Below are positions 1 to 11,399 of a DNA stretch of 64,000 nt, in pieces (the stretch's first letter is position 1; the number at the start of each line of letters is the position of its first letter). The DNA lies in the NCBI GenBank assembly GCA_045531205.1, contig JAZSDN010000050.1, positions 6,407 to 70,406 on the forward strand, read 5' to 3'. Both the position numbers and the translations under genes were made by a program. Origin of the DNA: Clostridia bacterium. GTDB taxonomy: Bacteria > Bacillota > Clostridia > UMGS1883 > UMGS1540. Below the pieces are notes generated by a model. The model ran no database searches, was not told the origin of the DNA, and saw only the letters and a program-made list of their open reading frames with translations.

Positions 1-1407
1 TAATGTGTATACTAACAAATAACTCTGCGTTGTTTTGATTTGCTATTTTGGTTCTGTCAAGTAATTCCACAAAAGTGTCATCTGTTCTTGTCATTATATT
101 TTTAACGCCTGCAGATGTTAAATATTCGCTTAAATAGGTTGAAATATCAAGATTTACATCTTTTTCCATAAGGTCAATAACTTCGCCTTCTTTACCTAAA
201 GCACCACAGTCTTCCCCTCCGTGTCCGGGGTCTATAACTACAAGCATATCCTTGGCTTTGTTATCTAATTTTACACTCAAAGCATCAGAAGCAACACTTT
301 CTCTTTGGAAAGTTATATATTGACTTTGACCGTTCTTTGTTATCTGATATTTCATTTTTTCTGTTGCATATACAGATAAGGTTGTTTTTTTATTTTCTTG
401 TGTGACAATTATTTTTTCTATATAAGTATCATCAGTTTCAATAGTTCCAAAACCTAAATTCTGTGAGTTTATTGTGAATATATATACATTGTTTTTTGAT
501 GATACAAAAGAAATTGCAGACAAATCATCGATTTCTATCTTGCTACCGCCAAGATTTGTATAATCAATATTTTTGTAAGTAGCGCCATCAAGTAAAATTT
601 CGTAACTGTTTGCACCTTTTTTTATAGAATATTTAGATTGTGTTTTTAAGTCTATAACTATACGAAAATAATCTTCGTGAACTGCATATCTTACATTAGT
701 AAGCCACTTTCCTGATTTTCCTGTACTTCCATCGGGAAAATCGGCATCAAATTCTTCAAAATCCAGAATTAGTCTGTCAGGCGCTGATAATGTTGAAATT
801 TTAGGTTCCTTACCGAATTTATTTACTTTTATTGTTACAGTATCGCCTTTTTTATCATAAGTGTTTAAAATATCTGTAATTATATATTCGGATTTTTTCT
901 CTTCGTCAATTTTATCATCAGGAGGAGTTCCTTCTTCTGTTGTGACAAAAACGGTATATGTCTTTTCATCCCATTCAACATTGTAACCGAGATTTTCCGA
1001 AATAAATCTTATAGGAATAAGCGTTCGTCCTGCCCCGGAAACATCTGTTAAAATTTTTGCAGGAACATCCAATGTTTTCTTTATTCCGTTTACCAGTACA
1101 GTTTTGCTGTTGATAGTAAGCTTTATACTGTGCTGATTTCCGGCTACTGTAACAGTTTGTGACGCTTGATTCCAGGTTACCTTTGCACCTGCCTTTTCAA
1201 AAAAAGCTCTTGCAGGAACCATTGTTCTGTCACCTATTATAACAGGAAGTACATCAAAATTTATTTTTTCTCCATTAAGTTTAACTGTTATATTTTCGCT
1301 ATGTATATTCCATGCGTTATCATAATAATAAAGATTTGATGCTGCAAAAACATTATAAGGAATTAACAGTATAATAAATATCAGTAATGTATATAAAAAT
1401 TTTTTCA
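1..1407 (-). CDS. N-acetylmuramoyl-L-alanine amidase (Amidase_3 family) with N-terminal signal peptide and Cu-amine-oxidase-like N-terminal domain. Partial: the C-terminus runs off the window start.
   Basis: Manual minus-strand translation from ATG at 1405-1407 gives MKKFLYTLLIFIILLIPYNVFAASNLYYYDNAWNIHSENITVKLNGEK... Near 200-245 it reads ...VVIDPGHGGEDCGA, the Amidase_3 signature. No competing ORFs >=60 aa in this region. Not in the ORF track because the stop lies outside the window. Confidence 0.6.
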
Positions 1408-1519
1408 TAAGTAGATAAAACTCCTCGAAATTAAGGTTATACTGTCTTTTTTCTATGTTTGATTTTTCAAATCCTTCAAAAAAATTAAAACGTAATAAAC
1501 CTATAATAAACGTGTAATA

Positions 1520-2527
1520 TTAATCTTCTTTGGCAATTCCAAAATATTCGTAACAGCTTTTGGTTATTACTCTGCCTCTCGGTGTTCTGTTTAAAAATCC
1601 AAGCTGCATAAGATATGGTTCGTATACATCTTCTATAGTAGAAACGTCTTCTCCGATGGTTGCTGACAAGGTTTCTACACCGACAGGCCCTCCGTCAAAA
1701 AAGTCTATTATAGCCATTATCATACGTCTGTCTACCATATCAAGACCTTTTTTGTCAATTTCAAGCATAGAAAGACCTAAATCAGCTACCTCACCTGTTA
1801 TTACACCATTTGCTTTTATTTGTGCAAAATCTCTTAAACGTTTCAAAAGTCTGTTTGCTATTCTGGGTGTTCCTCTTGAACGCATTGCAATTTCTCTTGC
1901 TCCGTCTTCTGTGATTTGAAGCTTTAATATAGATGCTGAACGTGTAACAATTTGCATAAGTTCTTCAGGAGTATAAAGCTCAAGGCGTGAGATTATACCA
2001 AATCTGTCTCTTAACGGAGCTGATAAAAGTCCTGCTCTTGTTGTTGCTCCAACCAAAGTAAATTTAGGTAAATCAAGCCTTACAGAACGTGCACTTGGAC
2101 CTTTCCCTATCATTATATCAAGCGCATAGTCTTCCATTGCAGGATAAAGAGTTTCTTCTGCTATTTTGCTGAGCCTATGAATTTCATCAATAAACAAAAC
2201 ATCATGAGGTGCAAGATTTGTAAGTATTGCAGCCAAATCTCCTGCTTTTTCTATTGAAGGACCGCTTGTAATTCGTAAATTAACACCCATTTCATTGGCA
2301 ATAATTCCAGCTAAAGTTGTTTTACCAAGACCGGGAGGTCCGTACAGCAAGCAATGGTCCAAAGGTTCTTTACGCATTTTTGCCGCTTCTATAAATATTT
2401 TAAGGTTGTCCTTTGTTTTTTGCTGACCTATATATTCGTTCATATAATGAGGACGTATTGCACTTTCGATATCGCGATCGTCATCAGTTTTCATAGAAGA
2501 AATAAGTCTTTCGTCATCAAATACCAT
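1520..2527 (-). CDS. ruvB: Holliday junction branch migration helicase RuvB
   Basis: 335 aa. Walker [12 protein letters not shown], then FIDEIHRL. Full-length RuvB-like sequence directly downstream of ruvA. Confidence 0.95.
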   Translation of the reverse strand: MVFDDERLISSMKTDDDRDIESAIRPHYMNEYIGQQKTKDNLKIFIEAAKMRKEPLDHCLLYGPPGLGKTTLAGIIANEMGVNLRITSGPSIEKAGDLAAILTNLAPHDVLFIDEIHRLSKIAEETLYPAMEDYALDIMIGKGPSARSVRLDLPKFTLVGATTRAGLLSAPLRDRFGIISRLELYTPEELMQIVTRSASILKLQITEDGAREIAMRSRGTPRIANRLLKRLRDFAQIKANGVITGEVADLGLSMLEIDKKGLDMVDRRMIMAIIDFFDGGPVGVETLSATIGEDVSTIEDVYEPYLMQLGFLNRTPRGRVITKSCYEYFGIAKED

Positions 2528-2532
2528 TTAAC

Positions 2533-3165
2533 TCACCTCGCTAAATTTTTAAGAGCTGCCATAATTGAATCTTCAAGAGTAAGATTTTCAGGCACTGTCT
2601 GCATAGCATGTCTTGCTTCCTGTGCGGAATATCCTAACGAAACCAAAGCATTTACTGCTTCTGCAAAATTATCGGAATGAATAAAGGTTTCTGTTCCAAA
2701 AGCTGTTTCTTTTATTTCTTCGTCGCTGAGTTTTCCTTTTAACTCCAGAATAATTCTTTGTGCTATCTTTGCACCTACGCCGGGAGCTTTTGTTATAGAT
2801 TTTGTATCGTTTGATATTATAGCCAAAATAAGATCTTTCGGGGACAATGCAGAAAGGATTGCAAGCGCTGCTTTCGGCCCTACCCCACTTACAGAAATTA
2901 GATTTTCAAAAAGTCCCAGTTCTTCGGTTGTTAAAAAACCGAAGATGTCCATTATATCTTCACGAATATACATATATGTATAAAATGTAACAAAATCAGA
3001 ATTTACTGTAGCAAGATTTGATGCAGAAGTGTAAACCTTATACCCTACCCCACCTACATCAATAACTATAAAGTTTTCTCCTTTTAAGGCAGGAGTGCCT
3101 TTTAAATAATAGAACATTATTTTGCTCCCATCATATAATTTAACTTTGATGAATGTGCGTGGCAA
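2533..3165 (-). CDS. ruvA: Holliday junction DNA helicase RuvA
   Basis: 210 aa. N-terminal OB-fold region, HhH motifs ([12 protein letters not shown]) and a C-terminal domain. Sits between ruvC and ruvB. Confidence 0.9.
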   Translation of the reverse strand: MPRTFIKVKLYDGSKIMFYYLKGTPALKGENFIVIDVGGVGYKVYTSASNLATVNSDFVTFYTYMYIREDIMDIFGFLTTEELGLFENLISVSGVGPKAALAILSALSPKDLILAIISNDTKSITKAPGVGAKIAQRIILELKGKLSDEEIKETAFGTETFIHSDNFAEAVNALVSLGYSAQEARHAMQTVPENLTLEDSIMAALKNLAR

Positions 3166-3611
3166 ATTGCAGCTGCAAGTGCATCGGCAACGTCGTCAGG
3201 CTTTGGTACTGCCTGCAGATTCAAAAAAGTTTTAACCATTTGCTGTATCTGATATTTATCTGCTCTGCCGTATCCCGTCAAGGCTTGTTTTATTTGAAGC
3301 GGTGTGTATTCAAAAATAGGAACACCGGCATTTTGTGCAGCAAGAAGAATAACTCCTCTTGCGTGTCCTACAGCTATTGCTGTTTTTACATTGGTATTAA
3401 AAAAAAGTTCTTCAACCGACATAGCGTCAGGATTATATTTTGTTATAAGTCTTTGAGTCTGATCGTAAAGACATTTTAACCTTTCAGGAAAAGGAGTCCC
3501 TGCGCAAGTTGTTATAGCACCGTAATCCAAAGCTTTAAATGAATTATTATTATATTCTATTACCCCAAAACCCTCTATTGCAAAGCCAGGGTCTACGCCA
3601 AGAATTCTCAA
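3117..3611 (-). CDS. ruvC: Crossover junction endodeoxyribonuclease RuvC
   Basis: 164 aa starting [17 protein letters not shown], the RNase H-fold resolvase N-terminus. First gene of the ruvCAB operon. 49-nt overlap with ruvA. Confidence 0.9.
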   Translation of the reverse strand: MRILGVDPGFAIEGFGVIEYNNNSFKALDYGAITTCAGTPFPERLKCLYDQTQRLITKYNPDAMSVEELFFNTNVKTAIAVGHARGVILLAAQNAGVPIFEYTPLQIKQALTGYGRADKYQIQQMVKTFLNLQAVPKPDDVADALAAAICHAHSSKLNYMMGAK

Positions 3612-3732
3612 GAGAAAACTCCTTCCTTCATTCTTTATTATTAGATATAAATATAGCTACAGGAACTATTATTGCAATAGCTATTGCAAACCATGTGGCA
3701 AAGTTCATAAACATAAAATCAATCCTTTGTAA

Positions 3733-4146
3733 TTATAAAACCATAACAAGAGTCCCTAATGTAATAAAAATACAACCAATGAGTGATTTTGTTGTAAACT
3801 GCTCATGCAAGAAGACAAATGCCAATACTAGAGTTATTACAACGCTCAACTTATCTACCGGAACAACTTTGGACGCTTCTCCAACTTGTAACGCTTTATA
3901 ATAACAAAGCCATGAAGCTCCTGTTGCAAGACCAGACAAAATTAAAAAGACCCAACTTTTTGTATTGATTTCTGTTATAGTTTTTTGTGTGTTAGTTAGA
4001 AATACCATGCCCCACGCCATAATAACTACAACTACAGTACGTATTGCTGTAGCAAGATTTGAATTTACTCCATCTATACCTATTTTTGCAAGAATAGACG
4101 TAAGTGCTGCAAATACAGCAGATAAAAGTGCCAATATAAACCACAT
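3733..4146 (-). CDS. Small EamA/DMT-family membrane protein (4 TM)
   Basis: 137 aa, strongly hydrophobic, with EamA-like half-transporter architecture. Confidence 0.5.
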   Translation of the reverse strand: MWFILALLSAVFAALTSILAKIGIDGVNSNLATAIRTVVVVIMAWGMVFLTNTQKTITEINTKSWVFLILSGLATGASWLCYYKALQVGEASKVVPVDKLSVVITLVLAFVFLHEQFTTKSLIGCIFITLGTLVMVL

Positions 4147-4270
4147 AATAAACCAAGTCCCTTTTAATTAGTCGAGTCAGATATTATACATAAATTTTAT
4201 CATATTTCGAAGATTTTTGCAATATAAATATTCCTTAAAACAATATTTATATTTTTAAATTTTCTTTATT

Positions 4271-4306
4271 TTGGTATATTTATTCATTTTTGTGAATATT
4301 TTTTCA
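4271..4306 (+). promoter_or_regulatory. Candidate tandem ARG boxes (ArgR/AhrC operator) upstream of argG
   Basis: TTGGTATATTTATTCA-tttt-gTGAATATTTTTTCA. The second box matches TGAAT-wwww-ATTCA at 12/14 positions. It lies immediately upstream of the argG -35. Confidence 0.35.
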
Positions 4307-4314
4307 AAAAGGTG

Positions 4315-4343
4315 TTGCAAAAGGAAAAATGTTGTAGTATAAT
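4315..4343 (+). promoter_or_regulatory. sigma-A type promoter of argGH (TTGCAA-17-TATAAT)
   Basis: -35 TTGCAA at 4315-4320 and -10 TATAAT at 4338-4343 with 17-nt spacing. RBS AGGAGG at 4361-4366 precedes the ATG at 4375. Confidence 0.45.
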
Positions 4344-4374
4344 ATATAGGAAAAATTTTTAGGAGGTCATTATT

Positions 4375-5592
4375 ATGGCAAAAGAAAAAATAGTTTTAGC
4401 ATACTCTGGCGGACTTGATACATCAATTATCATTCCCTGGCTCCACGAACATTACGATTGTGAAGTAATTTGTGTTTGTGGTGATGTTGGACAAGGTAAA
4501 GAAACAGACGGTCTTGAAGAACGTGCTCTTAAAGCAGGTGCTTCAAAGCTTTACATAGAAGATTTGCGTGATGAATACATCCGTGACTTTATCTACCCCA
4601 CTTTAAAAGCAGGTGCTGTATACGAAGGCAAATATCTCCTTGGTACATCTCACGCACGTCCTATCATTGCAAAGAGACTTGTTGAAATTGCAAAGGCTGA
4701 AGGCGCAACTGCAATCTGCCACGGCGCAACAGGTAAAGGTAACGATCAGGTTAGATTTGAGCTTACAATTAAAGCTTTAGCACCCGAAATGAAAATAATT
4801 GCTCCCTGGCGTACATGGGAACTTAAATCACGTGAAGAAGAAATTGATTATGCAATTGCTCACAATATTGAAGTTCCTGTAACAAAAGAAGATATGTATT
4901 CACGCGACAGAAACATCTGGCATATCAGCCACGAAGGCATGGACCTTGAAGATCCTGAAAATATGCCCCAGTACGATTCACTTCTTAAGCTTTCAAATCC
5001 CGTTGATAAAACTCCTGATGATAAGAAGTTTATCACAATTGATTTTGAAAAGGGTGTTCCCGTAAGCATCGACGGCAAAAAAATGGAACCCATCGAACTT
5101 GTTGAAACTCTTAATAAAATCGGTGGTGAATACGGCATAGGTATAGCTGATATTGTAGAAGACCGTCTTGTTGGAATGAAATCCCGTGGTGTATACGAAA
5201 CTCCCGGTGGTACAATTCTTTATTACGCTCACAACGAACTTGAATACCTTTGTCTTGACAGACAGACTCAGGAATTCAAGCGTCACGTTGGCATAAAGTT
5301 CTCGGAACTTGTTTACGACGGACTTTGGTTTACACCTTTGCGTGAAGCTCTTTCTGCATTTGTTGATTCTACACAGGAAACTGTAACAGGTTCAGTAAAA
5401 CTTATGCTTTATAAAGGTAATATTTATTCAGCAGGTGCTAAATCCGATTACTCACTTTACAACGAAAATATCGCAAGCTTTGGCGACAGTAAAGAACTTT
5501 ACAGCCATAAAGATTCAGAAGGATTTATAAACCTTTTTGGCTTACCGCTTAAAGTTCGTGCTCTTATGAACAAAAATAACGAGGAGAAATAA
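4375..5592 (+). CDS. argG: Argininosuccinate synthase
   Basis: 405 aa starting [17 protein letters not shown], the PP-loop SGGLDTS. Full-length ArgG-like. Confidence 0.95.
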   Translation: MAKEKIVLAYSGGLDTSIIIPWLHEHYDCEVICVCGDVGQGKETDGLEERALKAGASKLYIEDLRDEYIRDFIYPTLKAGAVYEGKYLLGTSHARPIIAKRLVEIAKAEGATAICHGATGKGNDQVRFELTIKALAPEMKIIAPWRTWELKSREEEIDYAIAHNIEVPVTKEDMYSRDRNIWHISHEGMDLEDPENMPQYDSLLKLSNPVDKTPDDKKFITIDFEKGVPVSIDGKKMEPIELVETLNKIGGEYGIGIADIVEDRLVGMKSRGVYETPGGTILYYAHNELEYLCLDRQTQEFKRHVGIKFSELVYDGLWFTPLREALSAFVDSTQETVTGSVKLMLYKGNIYSAGAKSDYSLYNENIASFGDSKELYSHKDSEGFINLFGLPLKVRALMNKNNEEK

Positions 5593-5595
5593 TTC

Positions 5596-6981
5596 ATGAA
5601 ATTATGGAGCGGAAGATTTGAAAAAAACACCGACAAAGCGGTTGATGATTTTAACTCTTCAATAAAATTTGACAGCCGTATGTACCGCGAAGATATACAC
5701 GGCAGTATGGCTCACGCAAAAATGCTTGGCAAACAAAATATAATTTCGCAGAGCGAAGCTGACCTTATAGTTAAAACTCTTGGCGAAATTCTTGAAGATA
5801 TCGAATGCGGTAAGCTTGAAATTTCGGCTACCGCAGAAGATATTCATATGTTTATCGAAACTGTACTTACCGAAAGAATCGGTGATGCTGGAAAACGCCT
5901 TCATACAGGAAGAAGCCGTAACGACCAGGTTGCTCTTGATATAAGAATGTATCTTATGAATCAGGAAACCGAAATAGCTGCACTTATAAAAGAATTAGTG
6001 CAAACTCTGCTTTCAAAGGCACGTGAGAATACCAAAACTTTTATGCCCGGTTATACTCATATGCAAAAGGCGCAGCCTATAACTTTAGCACACCATTTTC
6101 TTGCTTATTCGCAAATGTTTGTGCGAGATATATCACGCCTTGAAGATGCGAAAAAACGTACAAATGTTATGCCTTTGGGGTCAGGTGCTTTAGCCGGCAC
6201 AACTTATCCTCTTGACCGAGAATTTGTTGCAAATGAGCTTGGTTTTTCAGAGATTACATTAAATTCTATAGACGGAGTAAGCGACAGAGATTTTGTAATA
6301 GAGCTTGCCTCTGCCCTCTCTCTTGTAATGATGCATCTTTCACGTTTTTGCGAAGAGCTTATTTTGTGGAACACAAACGAGTTTTCTTTTGTTGAAATGG
6401 ACGATGCATATTCAACAGGAAGCAGTATAATGCCACAAAAGAAAAATCCTGATGTTGCAGAGCTGATAAGAGGAAAAAGCGGTAGAGTTTTCGGTGATCT
6501 TATAGGTCTTTTAAGTATGATGAAGGGTCTTCCTTTAGCATATAACAAAGATATGCAGGAAGATAAAGAAGCTATTTTTGATTCTATTGACACAGTAAAG
6601 CTTTGCTTGCCTGTATTTACTAAAATGATAGACACAATGAAGGTAAATCAAGAAAATATGCGAAAAGGTGCAGCGGGAGGATTTACAAATGCAACTGATG
6701 CTGCAGATTATCTTGTTAAAAAAGGTGTTCCCTTCCGCCAGGCTCACGAAATAGTAGGAAAACTTGTTTTATATTCAATAAAAAATAATAAATCACTTGA
6801 AGAACTTTCTTTAACAGAATATCAAGAGATTTACGAAGGTTTTTCCGACGATATATACGATGCAATAAGCATAGAAACTTGTGTTGAAAAACGTACTATT
6901 CCCGGTTCTCCGGCAGAAAAAACGGTACTGCTTGCAATAAACAGTACCGAAGAAAAACTAAATAGTTTCAATATTATTTAA
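5596..6981 (+). CDS. argH: Argininosuccinate lyase
   Basis: 461 aa starting MKLWSGRF. Fumarate-lyase signature [12 protein letters not shown]. Begins 4 nt after the argG stop. Confidence 0.95.
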   Translation: MKLWSGRFEKNTDKAVDDFNSSIKFDSRMYREDIHGSMAHAKMLGKQNIISQSEADLIVKTLGEILEDIECGKLEISATAEDIHMFIETVLTERIGDAGKRLHTGRSRNDQVALDIRMYLMNQETEIAALIKELVQTLLSKARENTKTFMPGYTHMQKAQPITLAHHFLAYSQMFVRDISRLEDAKKRTNVMPLGSGALAGTTYPLDREFVANELGFSEITLNSIDGVSDRDFVIELASALSLVMMHLSRFCEELILWNTNEFSFVEMDDAYSTGSSIMPQKKNPDVAELIRGKSGRVFGDLIGLLSMMKGLPLAYNKDMQEDKEAIFDSIDTVKLCLPVFTKMIDTMKVNQENMRKGAAGGFTNATDAADYLVKKGVPFRQAHEIVGKLVLYSIKNNKSLEELSLTEYQEIYEGFSDDIYDAISIETCVEKRTIPGSPAEKTVLLAINSTEEKLNSFNII

Positions 6982-7767
6982 TTCTTCAAGCGCTGCTTTA
7001 GTAATATAAGGCAGCGTTTTCTTTTGTGAAACTCTTTTAAGCGTAGCTTTTGCCTCTTTTTCTTTTCCTATTTTAAAAAGTGTTTTGCCTATGTATAATT
7101 CATTAAGATATACGCTGTGTTTATTTGTAAAACCGATTTTTTTTGCATCGTCAAACATTGATTTTGCAGTTTTATATTCTCCTTCCGAAAAAGCAACCAT
7201 ACCTTTTGTTAATAGAAAATTCTCTTCTGGTAAATACTTTTTCGCTTTTTTCATATACTTTTCAGCAATTTTAAGAGAATTTGCAGCATTATCACTGTCG
7301 TCAAGTTCTGCATAAAACATAGCCAGATTATTGTAATAAATTGCCCACGATATCTTGTCTGTCGCTTTAATGTTTGCTTTTTTTGTGACAACAATGGCTT
7401 TTGCAGGTTTTTCTATTGCTTCATATCCCAAAGCAAGATTAAGTCTTAGTGATGTTAAAAATCTTTTTGTCTTTGTTTTTGAAATAAGTGCTTCGGATTC
7501 CGCAATAAATTTTTCGGCATTACATTCCTTATAAAGAATTTCTAAAAGTGCCTCTATTTTTTTGTTTTCCTTTCCGTTTCTTATAAAAGTAAATATTGCT
7601 ACAAAAACAGAAACCAGAAAAAGTGCTCCTGCAAAAGGAATTCTGTACGCTGCCGGTGACGAAAACATTATTATTAATATTGCTATCAAACTAACCAGTA
7701 TTAACACAACAGTTGATACTGTTCTTAAAATATTGTTAACACTTTCGCGGTCTATTGCAATTCTCAC
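6958..7767 (-). CDS. TPR-repeat membrane protein (hypothetical)
   Basis: 269 aa with two N-terminal TM helices followed by TPR-like repeats ([14 protein letters not shown]..., [25 protein letters not shown]). Its 3' end overlaps argH by 24 nt, convergently. Confidence 0.5.
   Translation of the reverse strand: MRIAIDRESVNNILRTVSTVVLILVSLIAILIIMFSSPAAYRIPFAGALFLVSVFVAIFTFIRNGKENKKIEALLEILYKECNAEKFIAESEALISKTKTKRFLTSLRLNLALGYEAIEKPAKAIVVTKKANIKATDKISWAIYYNNLAMFYAELDDSDNAANSLKIAEKYMKKAKKYLPEENFLLTKGMVAFSEGEYKTAKSMFDDAKKIGFTNKHSVYLNELYIGKTLFKIGKEKEAKATLKRVSQKKTLPYITKAALEELNNIETI
6990..7025 (+). terminator. Hairpin plus T-run after argH; lies inside the 3' end of the convergent gene
   Basis: CGCTGC(6991-6996)...GCAGCG(7011-7016) followed by TTTTCTTTT. 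Confidence 0.4.
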
Positions 7768-8909
7768 TTCAGTTCCTCCAAAACAGACTTAATATCATTG
7801 CTGCCAAGCAATTCTTTTGCTTTTAAAATGCTATCGTAATTTGAAAGCTGACTGATTGTTTTTAAGATGTCTTCTGATGACATTTCGTTTACAGTTTCGT
7901 CGTGCTTAAATAAAAGTGCAGCTGCAATACCTGCTTCAATGAAGGTTGTATCAACATTTTGTTCTTTGCACATATTGTAAGCACCAATAAGTCTGTCAGA
8001 AGGTGAAAGCTTACGTTTTAAGTCATTGCCAACTCTCTTAACTGTATCGCCAAGCTGACGGTTACCAAAACGGCTTATTAAATCATTTACATGGTCGAAA
8101 AGCTCAGAAACATCTGTATTATGACGTTTTGCTAAAGCAATAGCAGACTCAGTCATTGCACGGATAACAATAAGTTCGATATACGGATTTTCTATAGCTT
8201 CCCATATATATTCATATCCACAAAGATTTCCAAGATATGCGGTTATTGCGTGTCCCATATTATGAATATAGAGCTTTCTTTCTATATAAAATTCAAATGG
8301 TGTAAAGAGAATAGCATTTTTAATTTCAGGAATTTCTCCCTTGAAAGCAGCTTTGTCAAGAGGTAACTTATCAAAGGCTTCAACACATACTCTTAAGGGA
8401 TTATCGCCCTGCATCTCGGGTGTTTGAACAGGAACCATTCTGCCTATAGAAGCTTCTACAAAACCAACATTTTCAAGAACTGATACATCATCAAGATACT
8501 GTGATATAAGCTCTTTTAAAATTTTATCTGCACCTATTAAGTTTTCGCAGATAATTATATTAAGAGGTCTGTTACCTTCTGAAAAACGCAATTTTATACC
8601 TTCGGCTAAAGGTTTTGCGATGAATTTTAAAATATTTACGCCTACAGCAGTTGCCATAATATCAGTATCAGCAATTGCTCTTGCTACAGCATTTATATCT
8701 TTTCCGTCAATACAGGAAACGTTTTTTACCATAGTTTCTTTTGCGCCCTGTTTATAAAGAATGTTTACAGGGTATTCGCCAGCTTCATTTATTGCATTTA
8801 TAACTTCGTCTTTAACATCAACAAATGCAACATCATAACCAGATTCATAAAAAAGCTGTCCTATAAATCCTCTTCCAATATTTCCTGCTCCGTACATTAT
8901 TGCTTTCAT
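7764..8909 (-). CDS. mtlD: Mannitol-1-phosphate 5-dehydrogenase family protein
   Basis: 381 aa starting MKAIMYGAGNIGRGFIG, the Rossmann motif. Length and internal motifs (NLIGADK, HNMGHAITAYLG) match MtlD. No mtlA PTS gene is adjacent. Confidence 0.7.
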   Translation of the reverse strand: MKAIMYGAGNIGRGFIGQLFYESGYDVAFVDVKDEVINAINEAGEYPVNILYKQGAKETMVKNVSCIDGKDINAVARAIADTDIMATAVGVNILKFIAKPLAEGIKLRFSEGNRPLNIIICENLIGADKILKELISQYLDDVSVLENVGFVEASIGRMVPVQTPEMQGDNPLRVCVEAFDKLPLDKAAFKGEIPEIKNAILFTPFEFYIERKLYIHNMGHAITAYLGNLCGYEYIWEAIENPYIELIVIRAMTESAIALAKRHNTDVSELFDHVNDLISRFGNRQLGDTVKRVGNDLKRKLSPSDRLIGAYNMCKEQNVDTTFIEAGIAAALLFKHDETVNEMSSEDILKTISQLSNYDSILKAKELLGSNDIKSVLEELK

Positions 8910-8926
8910 CTTGTAATCTCATCCTT

Positions 8927-10588
8927 TCAAACTTCATTTATAACGGGAAGTATCATTGGTTTACGTTTTGTCTTATCGTATATAAAATCGGTAAGAGCAT
9001 TTCGTATATATGTTTTCTTTATATTCCAGTCACCCTTTGCTTTAGGCGACAAGATTGTGTTTTCTGCGACCTCTCTTACTTCGCTCATAAGGTCTTCAGA
9101 TTCCCTGACATACACAAATCCTCTTGAAATAACGTCAGGTCCTGAAATAATTTCGCCTGTTTCGGCAGACAGAGTAGTTACAACTATTATAATACCATCT
9201 TCACTTAAATGCTTTCTGTCACGAAGAACAATGTTTCCTACATCCCCTACTCCATACCCGTCAACCAAAACTTTGCCGGCGGTGACATTCTGTCCCATAG
9301 ATGTTCCTCTTTCGTTAAGCTCCAGCACATCTCCCAAAGACAAAATGAATATATTTTTCTTTTTTACTCCCATAAGCTCGCCAAGTTCGGCGTGTCGTAC
9401 CAAATGACGATGTTCTCCGTGTACAGGAATAAAATATTTAGGCTTTACAAGTCCAAGCATAAGCTTTAATTCTTCGCTTCTGGCATGGCCTGAAACGTGT
9501 ACTTCTGCCAAAGATTCATAAATAACCTCTGCGCCCTTTTTAAACAATTCATTAATAAGATTAAACACGGCTTTTTCGTTTCCGGGGATAGGATTTGCTG
9601 AAATTATAATAAGGTCTCCTGATACAATTTCAACGTTTTTATGCCCGGAATATGCCATTCGGCTTAAAGCACTCATAGGCTCTCCCTGACTGCCTGTTGT
9701 TATAATGACTAACCTTGAAGGATTATGCTGATTGATTTCTTCTAACGGTATTAATGTTCCTTTAGGTATTTTCATATAACCAAGCTCGGAAGCAACTTCA
9801 ATCACATTTTCCATGCTTCTTCCTGAAAGAGCAACTTTTCTGTTATATTTAACTGCTGAATTTATAATCTGCTGTATTCTGTGAATGTTAGAAGAAAATG
9901 ACGCAACAATTATTCTTTGCTTTGAGCCTGCAAAAATATCATCAAATCTTTCTCCTACACTTCTTTCCGACATGGTATAACCCGCGCGTTCAACATTTGT
10001 ACTGTCAGAAAGCAATGCTAAAACGCCGGCATTTCCAAGTTCCCCGAATCTTGTAAGATTTATCATTTCGCCTTCAATAGGTGTAGTATCAATTTTAAAG
10101 TCACCTGTGTGTACAATAACACCTGCAGGTGTAGTAACCGCCATACCTACAGAATCAACAATACTGTGATTAACTCTTATAAATTCAATTTTAAAATTCT
10201 TGCCAAGCTTAATTTTTTGTCCGGCATTAACTGTACAAAGCTTGCATTCTGAAAGCATACCATGTTCTTTGAGTTTGTACTCAACAAGGCCTAATGTAAG
10301 CTTTGTTCCGTAAATAGGAACATTTATATCCCTTAATACATAAGGAAGCGCTCCTATATGATCCTCGTGTCCGTGAGTAAGTAATATACCCTTTATTTTT
10401 TCCTTGTTTTTTGTAAGATATGTTATATCCGGAATAACAAGGTCAATACCAAGCATATCCTCATCAGGAAAAGCAAGCCCGCAATCAATAACTATAATTT
10501 CGTCTGAATACTCAATTACAGTCATATTTTTTCCTATCTCGTCAAGCCCGCCAAGAGGAATAATCTTCACTTTTTCAATTTTTGACAC
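8927..10588 (-). CDS. rnj: Ribonuclease J (metallo-beta-lactamase / beta-CASP RNase)
   Basis: 553 aa. HGHEDHIG metal-binding motif. Length and domain order typical of RNase J1/J2. Confidence 0.9.
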   Translation of the reverse strand: MSKIEKVKIIPLGGLDEIGKNMTVIEYSDEIIVIDCGLAFPDEDMLGIDLVIPDITYLTKNKEKIKGILLTHGHEDHIGALPYVLRDINVPIYGTKLTLGLVEYKLKEHGMLSECKLCTVNAGQKIKLGKNFKIEFIRVNHSIVDSVGMAVTTPAGVIVHTGDFKIDTTPIEGEMINLTRFGELGNAGVLALLSDSTNVERAGYTMSERSVGERFDDIFAGSKQRIIVASFSSNIHRIQQIINSAVKYNRKVALSGRSMENVIEVASELGYMKIPKGTLIPLEEINQHNPSRLVIITTGSQGEPMSALSRMAYSGHKNVEIVSGDLIIISANPIPGNEKAVFNLINELFKKGAEVIYESLAEVHVSGHARSEELKLMLGLVKPKYFIPVHGEHRHLVRHAELGELMGVKKKNIFILSLGDVLELNERGTSMGQNVTAGKVLVDGYGVGDVGNIVLRDRKHLSEDGIIIVVTTLSAETGEIISGPDVISRGFVYVRESEDLMSEVREVAENTILSPKAKGDWNIKKTYIRNALTDFIYDKTKRKPMILPVINEV

Positions 10589-10708
10589 AATTTAACCTCC
10601 ATAAAAATTTTCCGCTCAAAATCAATCTTGCATATTATATCACAAAAAAATAGTCAAGTCAATTCTTTTTAAATATTATATCCAATTTATGGAAAATATG
10701 TACAAAAA

Positions 10709-10738
10709 GTTCCGATAAAAAATTATCGGAACTTTTTT
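10709..10738 (-). terminator. Bidirectional rho-independent terminator downstream of the SASP gene
   Basis: GTTCCGATAA-aaaa-TTATCGGAAC perfect 10-bp stem, flanked by A-run and T-run. Confidence 0.5.
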
Positions 10739-10752
10739 AGGCTATTTTATAT

Positions 10753-10944
10753 TTATTTTATGCTGTTTTCGTAAGCCTGAACCATCTTTTTAACCATCTG
10801 TCCGCCTACAGAACCTGCCTGCTTTGAGGTAAGGTCACCGTTGTAACCGTTCTTAAGGTTAACACCTACTTCGTTAGCAGCTTCCATCTTGAACTTGTCA
10901 AGTGCTGCACGAGCTTCGGGAACTAACTGTCTGTTATTTGCCAT
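10753..10944 (-). CDS. Small acid-soluble spore protein, alpha/beta type
   Basis: 63 aa: MANNRQLVPEARAALDKFKMEAANEVGV...KQAGSVGGQMVKKMV. Matches both conserved SASP alpha/beta signature regions. Confidence 0.85.
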   Translation of the reverse strand: MANNRQLVPEARAALDKFKMEAANEVGVNLKNGYNGDLTSKQAGSVGGQMVKKMVQAYENSIK

Positions 10945-11042
10945 TGTAATTTCATCTCCTTAATTTGATTTTTGCTTTTTTTCTTGGTGCATTCTTATTT
11001 TTAGCATAGCAAAAATTTATATTCAGGAAAAGATTTGAAATT

Positions 11043-11399
11043 CTAATTTTTTTCTTTGCATTTTTTGCCAAAAAACACGTTAGTATCAATAAACATTCTT
11101 TCGCCATCTTCGGAGAATCCTATTTTTCTCATATAAGGAAATAAATCTTTATTGAAACTGAAAACCTCAAACACAGAATGAACATCCATATAGTTTATAA
11201 CCGATTTAATCATTCCGTCATATAAAAACATATCATCAACTTTTATATAAACAATTTCTCCGTTTTCACTGCAGGCTGCTACAGCAATAATTTTGTTGTT
11301 ATCGCCTGTGTCACGTGCAGAAAGATGAATGTAATTCCCTTCCTTTTCTGTATAAGCATAAATTTCTTCTAATTTTTCGTCGTATTTTATAGCTATCAT
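11043..11399 (-). CDS. Hypothetical protein
   Basis: ORF-track ORF 11043..11447, trimmed here to M17 at 11399. That ATG forms an ATGA overlap with the rluB stop (11396-11398) and has a GAGGAAG SD 5 nt upstream. No family recognised. Confidence 0.4.
   Translation of the reverse strand: MIAIKYDEKLEEIYAYTEKEGNYIHLSARDTGDNNKIIAVAACSENGEIVYIKVDDMFLYDGMIKSVINYMDVHSVFEVFSFNKDLFPYMRKIGFSEDGERMFIDTNVFFGKKCKEKN

Noticed and set aside
1560-2680. Antisense ORFs inside ruvB/ruvA (1560..1919+, 2354..2680+) and dozens of similar 60-140-aa ORFs opposite long conserved genes throughout the window
   Set aside because: They lie antisense to strongly conserved CDSs. They have low-complexity or odd composition and no SD or family signal, typical AT-rich spurious ORFs.
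10945-11042. Possible sigma-G/sigma-F forespore promoter upstream of the SASP gene
   Set aside because: A GAATA…CTAAAAATA arrangement is present, but it does not fit GnATR-17/18-CATnnTA spacing convincingly. Left uncalled.
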